Source: a bacterium (GTDB lineage: Bacteria; Patescibacteriota; Microgenomatia; JAMCZE01). Taken from it: 45,421 bases of DNA. Where the stretch lies: contig JAJYKY010000002.1 of NCBI GenBank assembly GCA_021788195.1, forward strand, positions 1 to 45,421, in the 5' to 3' direction. The notes under the pieces are model-generated. The model searched no databases. It saw only the letters and a list, made by a program, of their open reading frames with translations, and was not told where the DNA came from. How positions within the stretch are numbered: the stretch's first letter is position 1; each line of letters starts with the position of its first letter. The position numbers and the translations under genes were made by a program. Shown one piece after another: positions 34,475-43,268 of the stretch.

Positions 34475-36262
34475 ATGAGGCCATATTTTATGGTGTCGGC
34501 GCCCCGATTTCAATATATTTTGCCGTTCTGTTACAATATTCATACTTTGAGAGGGAGAAATTATTGGCGGACGGTAAGAGCGGAAAAGAGATCAGGGGTG
34601 GCCGTACCCCTTTTTAGTTTTGGAGAACTCGGCGATTTACCAAGGCTTCTTGATTGGTGTCAAAAAACGGGCCAGACGGTCCTTCAGCTTTTACCTCTTT
34701 TGGAAACCGGGATAACCGGCAGCCCTTACGATCCGGTCAGCTCCTTTGCTTTGGAACCGTCTTATCTGTCTCTGCGCCTGGTCTCCGGGAGCGGGGAAGA
34801 GGAGCTTGGTAAAAGCAACCTGCGCCGGCCCAAACTAAAGATATTGGCAAAAATATTTTCGGCGGGGATAGACCGGGAAGGATTGGAAAATTTTCGAAAG
34901 GCAAACCGTTACTGGGTTGAGGACTATGCTTTGTTCAAGGTGTTGAAAGATAATTTTGCCCGGAAAACCTGGCGGGAGTGGCCGGAAAAGTTCCGCGACC
35001 GGGACGAAAAGGTTTTAAAAAGTTTTGCTATCGAACACAAACGGGAAATTGATTTTTGGATTTGGGTTCAGTGGCAGTTGTTTTTGCAATTGAAAACCGC
35101 CGGGGATTATGCCCGCAAAGCCGGAATTCTATTATTCGGGGACGCGCCGCTTTTTGTTTCGGCTGACAGCGCTGATGCCTGGGCCCATCCGGAGTTTTTT
35201 TACCGGGATACTGTTTCCGGAGCACCACCGGACCTGTACAGTTTCCGGGGACAGCGCTGGGGGATGCCGCCGCTTAATTTCGCGAGTTTGGCCCGGGACG
35301 ATTTCCGGTATTTTCGCCAAAGATATACCTGTCTGGCAAAATTTTTCGACGGGGTAAGGCTGGATCACGTCATCGGTTTTTTTCGGATCTGGAACATTCC
35401 GGTAACGGAACCGGAAGAAAACGGTGGATTAAACGGTTTTTTTGATCCCCGGAATGAAGATGAATGGGAGCCGCAGGGCCGAAAAATTTTATCAGCCATT
35501 TTAAATTCAGCAAAAATGTTTTACTGGGCCGAAGATTTAGGAGTTGTTCCCAAGGGCTGCCGGGAAACCTTAAAAAAACTGGGCATTCCCGGAACAATTG
35601 TTACCCGCTGGAAGAAAAATCCTTTCCGCCATACTTTTGTCCGGCCGGAAAATTATCCGAAACTTTCGGTGGCCCAGATGTCGCTCCATGATCTGTCGGG
35701 TTTTCCGGCCTTTTGGGAAGATGAAGCCGGGACAGTTGAGGAGAAAACTTTTAAATACCACTGCGAAAAAGCGGGATTGGATTTTCTTGCCCTGCGGCCA
35801 AAACTTTTTACTCCGGGCCACCCGATGAACGGGCGGCTCCGCTGGCGCAAAAATATTAAAACGCCGGCAAAATTTCTGGAAACTTTGGGTTTGACCGGAA
35901 AAGAGGCTAATGATTTGCTTTGGATTTATCAGGATACTTTCCGGGAGAAAGAGAGACTCTGGCGCTACCTGGGTTTGGCTAAAAAGGCGGGAAACCGGTG
36001 CTCTCCGGAAGTTTTAAACCGGGCGCTGGCCAAAAGCCTGGCGGCAAAATCCCTGATTGTCATCAATACTGTCTTTGATTGGCTGGCTCTGGACCAGGTT
36101 TTAGAAAAAAATCCCCGACGCTTCCGGATAAACACTCCGGGGACAGTTAGCGCGAAAAACTGGTCGGTTAAGCTGCCGATATCCCTGGAAGATCTGCAGA
36201 ATTTGAAAATCAACAGCCGGATCCGGGAAATGGTTGCTGCCTCCGGCCGGTTGATAGTGTAA
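34475..36262 (+). CDS. malQ: 4-alpha-glucanotransferase (GH77 amylomaltase)
   Basis: RSGVAVPLFSF, LQLLPL, GVRLDHVIGFFRIW, and YWAEDLGVVP. The true start is likely the in-frame TTG at 34547, downstream of TGtTACAAT (TACAAT at 34532-34537). Confidence 0.9.
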   Translation: MRPYFMVSAPRFQYILPFCYNIHTLRGRNYWRTVRAEKRSGVAVPLFSFGELGDLPRLLDWCQKTGQTVLQLLPLLETGITGSPYDPVSSFALEPSYLSLRLVSGSGEEELGKSNLRRPKLKILAKIFSAGIDREGLENFRKANRYWVEDYALFKVLKDNFARKTWREWPEKFRDRDEKVLKSFAIEHKREIDFWIWVQWQLFLQLKTAGDYARKAGILLFGDAPLFVSADSADAWAHPEFFYRDTVSGAPPDLYSFRGQRWGMPPLNFASLARDDFRYFRQRYTCLAKFFDGVRLDHVIGFFRIWNIPVTEPEENGGLNGFFDPRNEDEWEPQGRKILSAILNSAKMFYWAEDLGVVPKGCRETLKKLGIPGTIVTRWKKNPFRHTFVRPENYPKLSVAQMSLHDLSGFPAFWEDEAGTVEEKTFKYHCEKAGLDFLALRPKLFTPGHPMNGRLRWRKNIKTPAKFLETLGLTGKEANDLLWIYQDTFREKERLWRYLGLAKKAGNRCSPEVLNRALAKSLAAKSLIVINTVFDWLALDQVLEKNPRRFRINTPGTVSAKNWSVKLPISLEDLQNLKINSRIREMVAASGRLIV

Positions 36263-36271
36263 ACTAAATAT

Positions 36272-36832
36272 ATGGGAGAAATTCCGATATCTCCGGAAGA
36301 AAGCGCGAAAATTGCCTCGGACTATTTGGGCAGTCCGGAAAAATTCCGTGATCCTTTCTCCAGCCGGGAAGGGACAATTTATCATTTCCTCTGGGGTGGA
36401 AAACCTTCTTATATTCTTAAGGAAATCAAGCCGGATTCCCAGCCGTTTAAAAAGCTGGGCAAAAAAGCGGAGGAGGTTGCAGCGGGTATGCAGGCTGTTT
36501 ATGATCTTGCCAAAAAATATTTCGGGGACGAGTTGGTGCCAATGTCTTTTATTCCGGGAAAAAACGACGCCGGTGAAGAATCGGTTTTGGTTATCCATCC
36601 GGAAATTGTCGGCCCGACTTTGGAAGAACTGGCCCAAACGGAGGGAGAGGCCACGCAGTTTGAGCGTTTTTTAACTCTTGACAGTTTCCAGCGAACCTGG
36701 GAAGAAATGAAAAGGGACCGGGATTGGAAAAAATTGCCGCGGCACGTCCGGCACTATTTCTCCGCATGCGATATCTTCGGAACCGGAGTTGTCAAAACCG
36801 AAAACGGAGAACTGCGGATTATTGATTTTTAA
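36272..36832 (+). CDS. hypothetical protein with a small protein-kinase-like pattern, ending at an IIDF (DFG-like) motif
   Basis: SYILKEIK (VAIK-like), VLVIHPEIVGPTLEEL (hinge-like), and GELRIIDF*. Confidence 0.4.
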   Translation: MGEIPISPEESAKIASDYLGSPEKFRDPFSSREGTIYHFLWGGKPSYILKEIKPDSQPFKKLGKKAEEVAAGMQAVYDLAKKYFGDELVPMSFIPGKNDAGEESVLVIHPEIVGPTLEELAQTEGEATQFERFLTLDSFQRTWEEMKRDRDWKKLPRHVRHYFSACDIFGTGVVKTENGELRIIDF

Positions 36833-36883
36833 TCTATCCCTGAAAATTGCCTGAACAAGGTCCGACCCTGCAAGTAGCGCGTC

Positions 36884-37099
36884 TTGATAAGACCTACATG
36901 TTACAATCCTGCCGAAGAGGAACAGATTGTCTTTATTCTGGCAGAAGCCTTTCCCCAAAAAATGGAGACTGTTAAGATTACGAGGGGATTTAAGCGTCCG
37001 TATTTTGTTGCCGCCGGACCGGCCCAAGAAGAACAACCGCAACCGTCGGATGGAGAAAAGCCCGAAACGTCCGGCAACGAGCCCTCGAAAGTAGAATAA
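36884..37099 (+). CDS. questionable ORF in the same frame as 36272..36832, acidic/Pro-rich tail
   Basis: Separated from the upstream ORF by TAA and TAG in frame. Followed by a strong terminator. Confidence 0.25.
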   Translation: MIRPTCYNPAEEEQIVFILAEAFPQKMETVKITRGFKRPYFVAAGPAQEEQPQPSDGEKPETSGNEPSKVE

Positions 37100-37106
37100 C
37101 TTTGCT

Positions 37107-37157
37107 TAGCCGAGGCGCCAAGTCAAACTTGGATGGGTCCGCCTCGGCTATTTTTTT
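37107..37157 (+). terminator. rho-independent terminator
   Basis: 11-bp stem TAGCCGAGGCG/CGCCTCGGCTA, with an inner CCAAGT-caa-ACTTGG hairpin, followed by T7. Confidence 0.75.
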
Positions 37158-37286
37158 AAGTAGAGTCCCAGACCTTCTTTTAACCGGCGTTGGAAAGTGG
37201 GAATCTGGTAGTATTCGTCAAATCAGAAATTTTTCCTCTCTCTATTATCCTAATTTTACATCCGGGGTGCTAAAATATACTTTCGC

Positions 37287-38105
37287 ATGGAATCGCAAAA
37301 CATTATCGAAGTTTCCGATTTAGTTAAAAAGTTCGGCGTGGCCGGCGGGGAATTTATCGCCGTGGACAAGGTCTCTTTTGATGTCAAAAAGGGCGAAGTC
37401 TTTGCCTTTCTGGGTCCCAACGGCGCGGGGAAAAGTACGACGATAAAGATGCTGACGACGCTGTTGGACCCGACCAGCGGAAAGATTCTTCTTAACGGTT
37501 ACAACCCGGCGGAAAATGAGGATGCCGTCCGCCACTCTTTTGGGATTGTTTTTCAGGACCCGTCCACCGACGACGACCTGACGGCCCGGGAAAATATGGA
37601 ATTCCACGCGGCTTTGTATAATGTCCCGGCCCAGACCAGAAACAAACGCATCGAAGAACTTCTCAATTTTGTCGAGCTTTGGGACCGCCGAAACGATCTG
37701 GTTAAAACTTTTTCCGGCGGGATGAAACGACGGCTGGAAATTGCCCGGGGGTTACTTCACCATCCGAAAATTCTGTTCTTGGATGAGCCAACCATCGGTT
37801 TGGACCCTCAGACACGAAACCACATGTGGAATTATCTTCGGGAGATAAACAAAAATGAGGACATGACTATTTTCTTTACGACCCACTACATGGAAGAAGC
37901 GGATAAGGTAGCCCAAAGAATTGCCGTTATCGACCACGGGAAAATTGTGGCCATCGGAACTTCACCGGAACTGAAAAGACAGACCAAAACTGAAACTCTG
38001 GAAGAGGCTTTTTTGGCCCTGACGGGTAATACCATTCGGGAAGAGGAAGCCACTGTCACCGACCAAATGCGGATGCGTCACCGGGCCTGGAGTTCCAGCC
38101 GTTAA
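37287..38105 (+). CDS. ABC transporter ATP-binding protein (ABC-2/DrrA-like)
   Basis: GPNGAGKST, SGGMKRRLEIA, and ILFLDEPT. Confidence 0.93.
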   Translation: MESQNIIEVSDLVKKFGVAGGEFIAVDKVSFDVKKGEVFAFLGPNGAGKSTTIKMLTTLLDPTSGKILLNGYNPAENEDAVRHSFGIVFQDPSTDDDLTARENMEFHAALYNVPAQTRNKRIEELLNFVELWDRRNDLVKTFSGGMKRRLEIARGLLHHPKILFLDEPTIGLDPQTRNHMWNYLREINKNEDMTIFFTTHYMEEADKVAQRIAVIDHGKIVAIGTSPELKRQTKTETLEEAFLALTGNTIREEEATVTDQMRMRHRAWSSSR

Positions 38106-38109
38106 TAAT

Positions 38110-38856
38110 ATGAATGCAATTTATATTCTCTGGTTAAGGCAAATTAAAAAATACCTGCGCAGCCGTTCGCGGATTATCGGGTCTTTGGGCCAGCCTTTAC
38201 TGTTTTTAGTGGCCTTCGGTTTCGGCTTCGGCAATATTTACCAGCGGGCCGGCGGGGGAAATTACCTCCAATTTTTAGCCCCGGGGATTATTGTCATGAG
38301 CGTTTTGTTTACGGCGGTTTTTTCCGGAATCGATTTAATCTGGGACCGGCAGTTCGGGTTTTTGAAAGAAACTTTGGTGGCGCCGGTATCCCGGTTGTCT
38401 ATTATGTTAGGCAAAACTCTGGGTGGGGCGACGGTCGCGACTTTGCAGGGCCTGATTGTCTTTTTTCTGACTCTTCTGGTCGGCTTCCGGCCGGGGAATA
38501 TTTACTTTCTGCCACTGGCTTTAGGCCTGGTTTTTCTGGTAGCCGTTTTGTTTACCTCGTTGGGGGTGGTAATCGCTTCGCTTTTGGAAGACATGCAGGG
38601 TTTTCAGCTGATTATGAATTTTCTGGTCATGCCGATTTTCTTTCTGTCAGGAGCGCTTTTCCCGCTTACCGGCCTGCCGGAAGTGATGAAAATCGTAGTG
38701 AGGATCGACCCGCTAAGTTACGGGGTTGATGCCGTCCGGGGGGCAATGCTTGGCGCCGGATCTTTGGGAATGGTCACCGATCTTACGGTTTTATTGGCCA
38801 TTACCGCCGCTCTTCTTATCCTCGGGAGCTACTTTTTTGAGAAAATTCAGGTCTGA
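38110..38856 (+). CDS. ABC-2 type transporter permease
   Basis: Six TM segments, follows the ATPase after a 4-nt gap. N-terminal YILWLRQIKKYLRSRSR is typical of ABC-2 permeases. Confidence 0.85.
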   Translation: MNAIYILWLRQIKKYLRSRSRIIGSLGQPLLFLVAFGFGFGNIYQRAGGGNYLQFLAPGIIVMSVLFTAVFSGIDLIWDRQFGFLKETLVAPVSRLSIMLGKTLGGATVATLQGLIVFFLTLLVGFRPGNIYFLPLALGLVFLVAVLFTSLGVVIASLLEDMQGFQLIMNFLVMPIFFLSGALFPLTGLPEVMKIVVRIDPLSYGVDAVRGAMLGAGSLGMVTDLTVLLAITAALLILGSYFFEKIQV

Positions 38857-38932
38857 AATGAAAACAGTTTTCCTTTGTGACGGAAAAAGTCTTGACCAAG
38901 TGGCAAAAAAAGTTAAAGAAGAGATCGATGTT

Positions 38933-39427
38933 TTAATTAACAACGGAGATGGTCCAGGCCGGGCCGTTGAAGGAAAACTCGTATTTAATCCAGCCGTATT
39001 GGACAAAGAAAATATTTAAAAGAAAATTTTTCCAGGTGTTGCCGCCATATATAAAAGACGATCCGGTCAGGTGAATATAAATAATCTGCCCCAGAGCGAC
39101 GGCTAATAAGGTAATAAGATGCAAAGGGTAGAGCCGTGACAGCCGCCAGAAAAGAAATTTGGGAAATGAAATTTCTCGGGAATCGATCGGGGTTTGGTAA
39201 ACATGGGCAAAGATAAATCCCGAGAGGACAAAAAAGAAGTTGACCAGATAAAGCCCGTTTGCCCCAAACCAGGGGAGGGTTTTGGTAAACAGCTCGCCGG
39301 TTAAATCAAAATGCTGGTAGTGCCACAAAAGGGCAATCCCCAAGGCGGCCAGGCCCCGAAGCCCGTCCAGAGCGGTCAGCCTGCGGGGACAATGGACTCT
39401 TTGTTTCTCAAAAAAGTTGGCGTAGAA
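38933..39427 (-). pseudogene. acyltransferase-3 (OafA/YrhL-type) family remnant, truncated at both ends
   Basis: RRLTALDGLRGLAALGIALLWH, FFFVLSGFIF, RLYPLHLITLL, and NGPAWTISV then VN*. There is no ATG/GTG/TTG upstream of the conserved LDGLRG motif. Only about 165 codons remain. Confidence 0.6.
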
Positions 39428-39434
39428 TCAAAAA

Positions 39435-39812
39435 ATGAACGAGATTAAAGCCGCCAAGATGGGAATTTTTATTGAGGGCGCCCGGAACAATTTCGGGAAA
39501 GCCCTGAAAGTTTTAGGCACCGACCTGGATTTTCAGCCGAGAGAACCAATTCCGGCCCGGTTGCCGATAACGAAAAATGCCCTTTTGTTTGCCGAAATTC
39601 AAAATTTAGTTGTTACCCTGCGGGGCGAACACGAAAATTTTGTCGATCCATATCTTGATCCCTTAACGATTATGGCCCAGACTTTGGGCGGGAGAAGAGT
39701 TGCAGATAACTGGGTCCGGACCTCAATTGCCGACCCTTACGAAGTCGCCGGCGCTTTCTTCTGGGTGGTTAAAATTATCTCCACCGCTACCGGCCATTTA
39801 CCGGAGAATTAA
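39435..39812 (+). CDS. hypothetical protein (125 aa)
   Basis: ORF with TAGAAT 6 nt upstream of its ATG. Confidence 0.45.
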   Translation: MNEIKAAKMGIFIEGARNNFGKALKVLGTDLDFQPREPIPARLPITKNALLFAEIQNLVVTLRGEHENFVDPYLDPLTIMAQTLGGRRVADNWVRTSIADPYEVAGAFFWVVKIISTATGHLPEN

Positions 39813-39826
39813 ATCCTGAATTACTG

Positions 39827-40240
39827 TTAATACCGCGTGTCGAGATAGCCGTAGTCGTATTTGGATCTTTTGAAGGTGACATCGTGGCCGTTAAGATTGA
39901 GGATTAAAGTGTCGATGTCCGGCATCTGTACCGCCACATCATGGCTTCCGGACTTATCCGTGACCGTCAGGGTGGTATCGTCCTTAACCTGATAGTTAAA
40001 CGGCGAAGCCATGTAATTTCTGTTTTTTAGGGCGTATTCATAACCGGCTAAGTTTTTGGCAAACATGATGGTGACGACCGGAGACTCGGCCGTGGCCGGC
40101 TTAAAAGTGGTCCAGGTGCCCTGGAGATTGGTAGCCGGTCCGGGGTGCATGGCGCGCCAGATTCCGGCCGCAAAAAACCCCAGGAAGATAATAAACATGA
40201 GACCTAAGATTTTCCAAAGTAAAAATTTGTGTTTGATCAT
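39827..40240 (-). CDS. hypothetical N-terminally anchored small exported protein
   Basis: TM segment LWKILGLMFIIFLGFFAAGIW. ATGA-coupled to the upstream gene. Confidence 0.5.
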   Translation of the reverse strand: MIKHKFLLWKILGLMFIIFLGFFAAGIWRAMHPGPATNLQGTWTTFKPATAESPVVTIMFAKNLAGYEYALKNRNYMASPFNYQVKDDTTLTVTDKSGSHDVAVQMPDIDTLILNLNGHDVTFKRSKYDYGYLDTRY

Positions 40241-41199
40241 GGTTTTAAGGCGACGCTGTCGATACCGTTGGGATTATGGTAATGGCAGCTGGTTGTTCCC
40301 GGCGACCCGCCTTTGCAGGTGCAGGGATTGGCCTCGCGGGACTCCTTACTGACAATCGTGTCGGCGGCCGTGACGCCATAGGCCCCCCACTGGGCCAAAA
40401 CCGCGTTCGTCATGTGGGCAAAGGGTGGCTCAAGGTTTTGGGTCAGGTAGGTCTGGAAATTGTCGTTAATATAGGCGCCGTTATACTGGGCCTTTTCATT
40501 TTTAAAGCGTTGCAGGGCAAAATCAAAATCCCGCCCGTAGTTATCGGTGACCGCGTGGGCGATAAGCTGGCCGGCCTTAACGTGAGCCCCTTCATAAATC
40601 TGCGAGTCATCGAAATTCATATGGATGAAAGTCGCGTACCAACCGTCAAACGGCTCGCGCATAATCATAAAATGCCGGCCCCGGACAATATCCATCGGGT
40701 CAATCTCCACGATAACCCCGTCAAACGGGGCAAAAACTTTCACCCGGTCGTTAGTCCCTTCCAGACTTTCCAACGGCTTGAAATAATCTTTCATCGAACT
40801 GTTGGGTTCACTGTTGCCGTCATAATCAGCACCGTAATAATCATGCCCATGGCAGGACCGGAATTTATAAATTCTTTCGATCTGTGCCGGATCAACCGGG
40901 CTGGCGGTAATAATCTTGTCCGAAGTTTGCGGATCGGCCACGCCGTTTCCGGCAAAGTAAGTCCGGGGAAAATCCCGCAGATCAACATCTACCTGGTTAT
41001 ATTCTTCACCGACCCATTTGGGGGTTACCTTCGGGGCTACCGTCGGCGGCTTGGCCCACGGCGGCTCGTTTGACGGCGCGGGAGCAAAGATATTTTGCTT
41101 ACCCGGAGGGGCAAAAATGTTTGCCAGGCTGAAAAGTCCCAAGAAGAGAATTAAGACTCCGGGGATAACGAAATATTTGATAAAATCCCCTTTGACCAT
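40237..41199 (-). CDS. membrane-anchored LytM/M23-like domain protein with a degenerate active site
   Basis: VFAPFDGVIVEID...ATFIHMNFDDSQIYEGAHVKAGQLIAH follows the M23 barrel pattern, but DFDFAL replaces HLHFE. CHGHD lies upstream. Confidence 0.45.
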   Translation of the reverse strand: MVKGDFIKYFVIPGVLILFLGLFSLANIFAPPGKQNIFAPAPSNEPPWAKPPTVAPKVTPKWVGEEYNQVDVDLRDFPRTYFAGNGVADPQTSDKIITASPVDPAQIERIYKFRSCHGHDYYGADYDGNSEPNSSMKDYFKPLESLEGTNDRVKVFAPFDGVIVEIDPMDIVRGRHFMIMREPFDGWYATFIHMNFDDSQIYEGAHVKAGQLIAHAVTDNYGRDFDFALQRFKNEKAQYNGAYINDNFQTYLTQNLEPPFAHMTNAVLAQWGAYGVTAADTIVSKESREANPCTCKGGSPGTTSCHYHNPNGIDSVALKP

Positions 41200-41370
41200 T
41201 ATTTAACTATGCCACACTCTTAAAGTTTTTGTAAACCCCGAAAGGCCTTATGGAGAAGTGTTCAGAAGCGGCTGGTCGTGAGTTTCGCGGCGGAAAAATT
41301 TTTACAGCAAGCAAGAGTCAATTAAAATACTAAATTAAAAGAAGACCGGGAATTATGCTAAAATCACCCC

Positions 41371-41643
41371 GTGGAAAATAGGATTTCGAGGATACCGGCA
41401 AAGTTAATGCAAAAGATGACGGACAGAAGCTACGTCCGGAGGATTTGTTTGGGAAATACGGTGAGCGGGAGAAAAGTCGGGGAGATTGTGCCGAGAACCC
41501 CGGAGACGGAAGAAGATTTCCCTTTAATGTTTCCGGCCGGAACGAATTTTGTTTTTCCTCACGCTTTCGGCTGGCACGCGCCGGAACCTCCGGATGCGGC
41601 TAATTTAGAACCGGCTTCTGAGTCTCCGACCATGGAAAAGTAA
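41371..41643 (+). CDS. hypothetical protein (90 aa)
   Basis: GTG start 6 nt after the extended -10 TGcTAAAAT. No motif. Confidence 0.3.
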   Translation: MENRISRIPAKLMQKMTDRSYVRRICLGNTVSGRKVGEIVPRTPETEEDFPLMFPAGTNFVFPHAFGWHAPEPPDAANLEPASESPTMEK

Positions 41644-41690
41644 GACGGAATTCATACTCCGATCTAATCTTCAGGCTTTAAGTTAGAGAG

Positions 41691-42410
41691 GTGGCGGATT
41701 TTAGCCTGAGAATTATCAAAAAAGAAGAAATTGCCCGGGAGACGATGGCAATTCATTTTGCCAAACCGGAAGGTTTTGAATACCGGGCAGGGCAGTACGC
41801 AAAATTTACCATTATCAATCCGCCGGAAACTGATACGGAGGGCAACAGCCGGGTATTTTCTTTAGCCAGCGCGCCCTTGGAAAAAGATTTAATAATTGCG
41901 ACCCGGCTGCGGGATTCGGCTTTTAAAAGAGTATTGCGGAATTTATCTGTGGGCAGTGAAATTAAAATGGAGGGTCCGCACGGGGATTTTGTTTTGCCCG
42001 GAGACCCGGTCGCTACGGTCGTTTTTTTGATCGGCGGGATCGGAATAACGCCGGTCCGAAGTATGATTGCCCAGGCGACGTTGGAAAGATCTCCGCAAAA
42101 GATTCTTCTTTTGTACTCAAACCGAACAGAAAAAGATGCGGCTTTTATGGGCGACTTAGATTATTTTGCCGGGAAGAACAAGCATTTTACGTTTGTCCCC
42201 GCGATTACCGGGGACTCGGCGGCTTTCCGGACAGGGGAGACGGGGCGGGTGACAAAGGAGATGCTCCGAAAATATGTTCCGGACGTTAACCTTCCGAGGT
42301 ATTATTTTTCCGGGCCGGGCGGGATGGTAACGGCGATGCGCCAGATGCTTATTAACGCCGGGGTCGGCGAAGGCAATATCCGGACCGAAGAATTTCCGGG
42401 GTACGGATAA
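41691..42410 (+). CDS. FNR-family FAD/NAD(P)-binding oxidoreductase
   Basis: RAGQYAKF, RVFSLAS (RxYS-type FAD motif), and LIGGIGITP. GTG start. Confidence 0.8.
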   Translation: MADFSLRIIKKEEIARETMAIHFAKPEGFEYRAGQYAKFTIINPPETDTEGNSRVFSLASAPLEKDLIIATRLRDSAFKRVLRNLSVGSEIKMEGPHGDFVLPGDPVATVVFLIGGIGITPVRSMIAQATLERSPQKILLLYSNRTEKDAAFMGDLDYFAGKNKHFTFVPAITGDSAAFRTGETGRVTKEMLRKYVPDVNLPRYYFSGPGGMVTAMRQMLINAGVGEGNIRTEEFPGYG

Positions 42411-42501
42411 ACGCCTAAGTGCTCGGGAGTAAAACAGAGGAGGGCGAATCGCAATTATTGCCCATCCGAACGCGAAAAAGCGGAAAGTAAAGTCCTCGAA
42501 G

Positions 42502-43107
42502 TTATTTCTTAACCCCTGTTTGGGGGTGCTTTTTTTGAAAATTAGCCAATGCTTCCCGGTAGGCTTTTTCCGAATCCGCGAGATCCGGCGCTTCCCATTT
42601 CCGATGCATTTCCAGAGACAGTTCTCCAAAACCGTGTTCAAAAGCATAATCGAATTCTTCCCGGCGGGCGTATCGGTGAGCTATGGCCACAGCCTGGCCG
42701 GCGGTAACTGTGCCGTGGCTTGCCAGGTCAGCGGCAGAGAAACCCGCTTTCCCCAAAAGCCAGAGTTCAGCCAATTCGTGCCTGATTGCCGCCTGCATCA
42801 CGGTTTGTTCCAGGCCCTTGAATCTATCTTTATTAACGGCGATAGTGATATCTTCCAGTCCTTTGCCGATGATTTTCGGTTCATTTCTGTTGTGTAGAAA
42901 TTTGATTGTAACATTATAGGTGGCCAATCCGCCGCCACTGTTAATAGTTTTCCAATATTCTTCTTCCGGAAGTATCCGGATGAAACGCTCCATCTTTGAA
43001 TAAAACTCTTCTTTGGTTTTTGAATCAAAGCCGTTAATTTCAACAAGATTGCCTTCTACCTTTATTTTTTCTTCACGAATTCCCATCGTCTCGCCGCGGC
43101 CTTCCAT
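42502..43107 (-). CDS. hypothetical protein (201 aa)
   Basis: ORF. RHELAELW and AIAHRYARREEF are helix-rich. There is no complete HExxH. Confidence 0.45.
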   Translation of the reverse strand: MEGRGETMGIREEKIKVEGNLVEINGFDSKTKEEFYSKMERFIRILPEEEYWKTINSGGGLATYNVTIKFLHNRNEPKIIGKGLEDITIAVNKDRFKGLEQTVMQAAIRHELAELWLLGKAGFSAADLASHGTVTAGQAVAIAHRYARREEFDYAFEHGFGELSLEMHRKWEAPDLADSEKAYREALANFQKKHPQTGVKK

Positions 43108-43268
43108 GGTTTCAGTTTAACATTTTTTAAGCGGTGCTGGGGAAAAATCTAATTAGAGGTCGTTTTTATCTGTGGTCAAAGTAAAATGTAGTCTTCTTTT
43201 CCACGCCCTCGCTCACGATATTTTTCAGACTTGACATAGGACAGAAGGTTTATAAAAATATTAATTAC

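Noticed and set aside
37102-37323. A 73-aa ORF spanning the malQ-side terminator and the ABC promoter.
   Set aside because: It is translated straight through an 11-bp GC stem and T7 terminator and through the -10 region of the ABC gene. It is almost certainly non-coding.
38858-39019. A 53-aa plus-strand ORF (MKTVFLCDGKSLDQ...) just after the ABC permease.
   Set aside because: Its 3' half is antisense to the clearly conserved NGPAWTISV region of the acyltransferase remnant. No motif and no promoter-like box were found.
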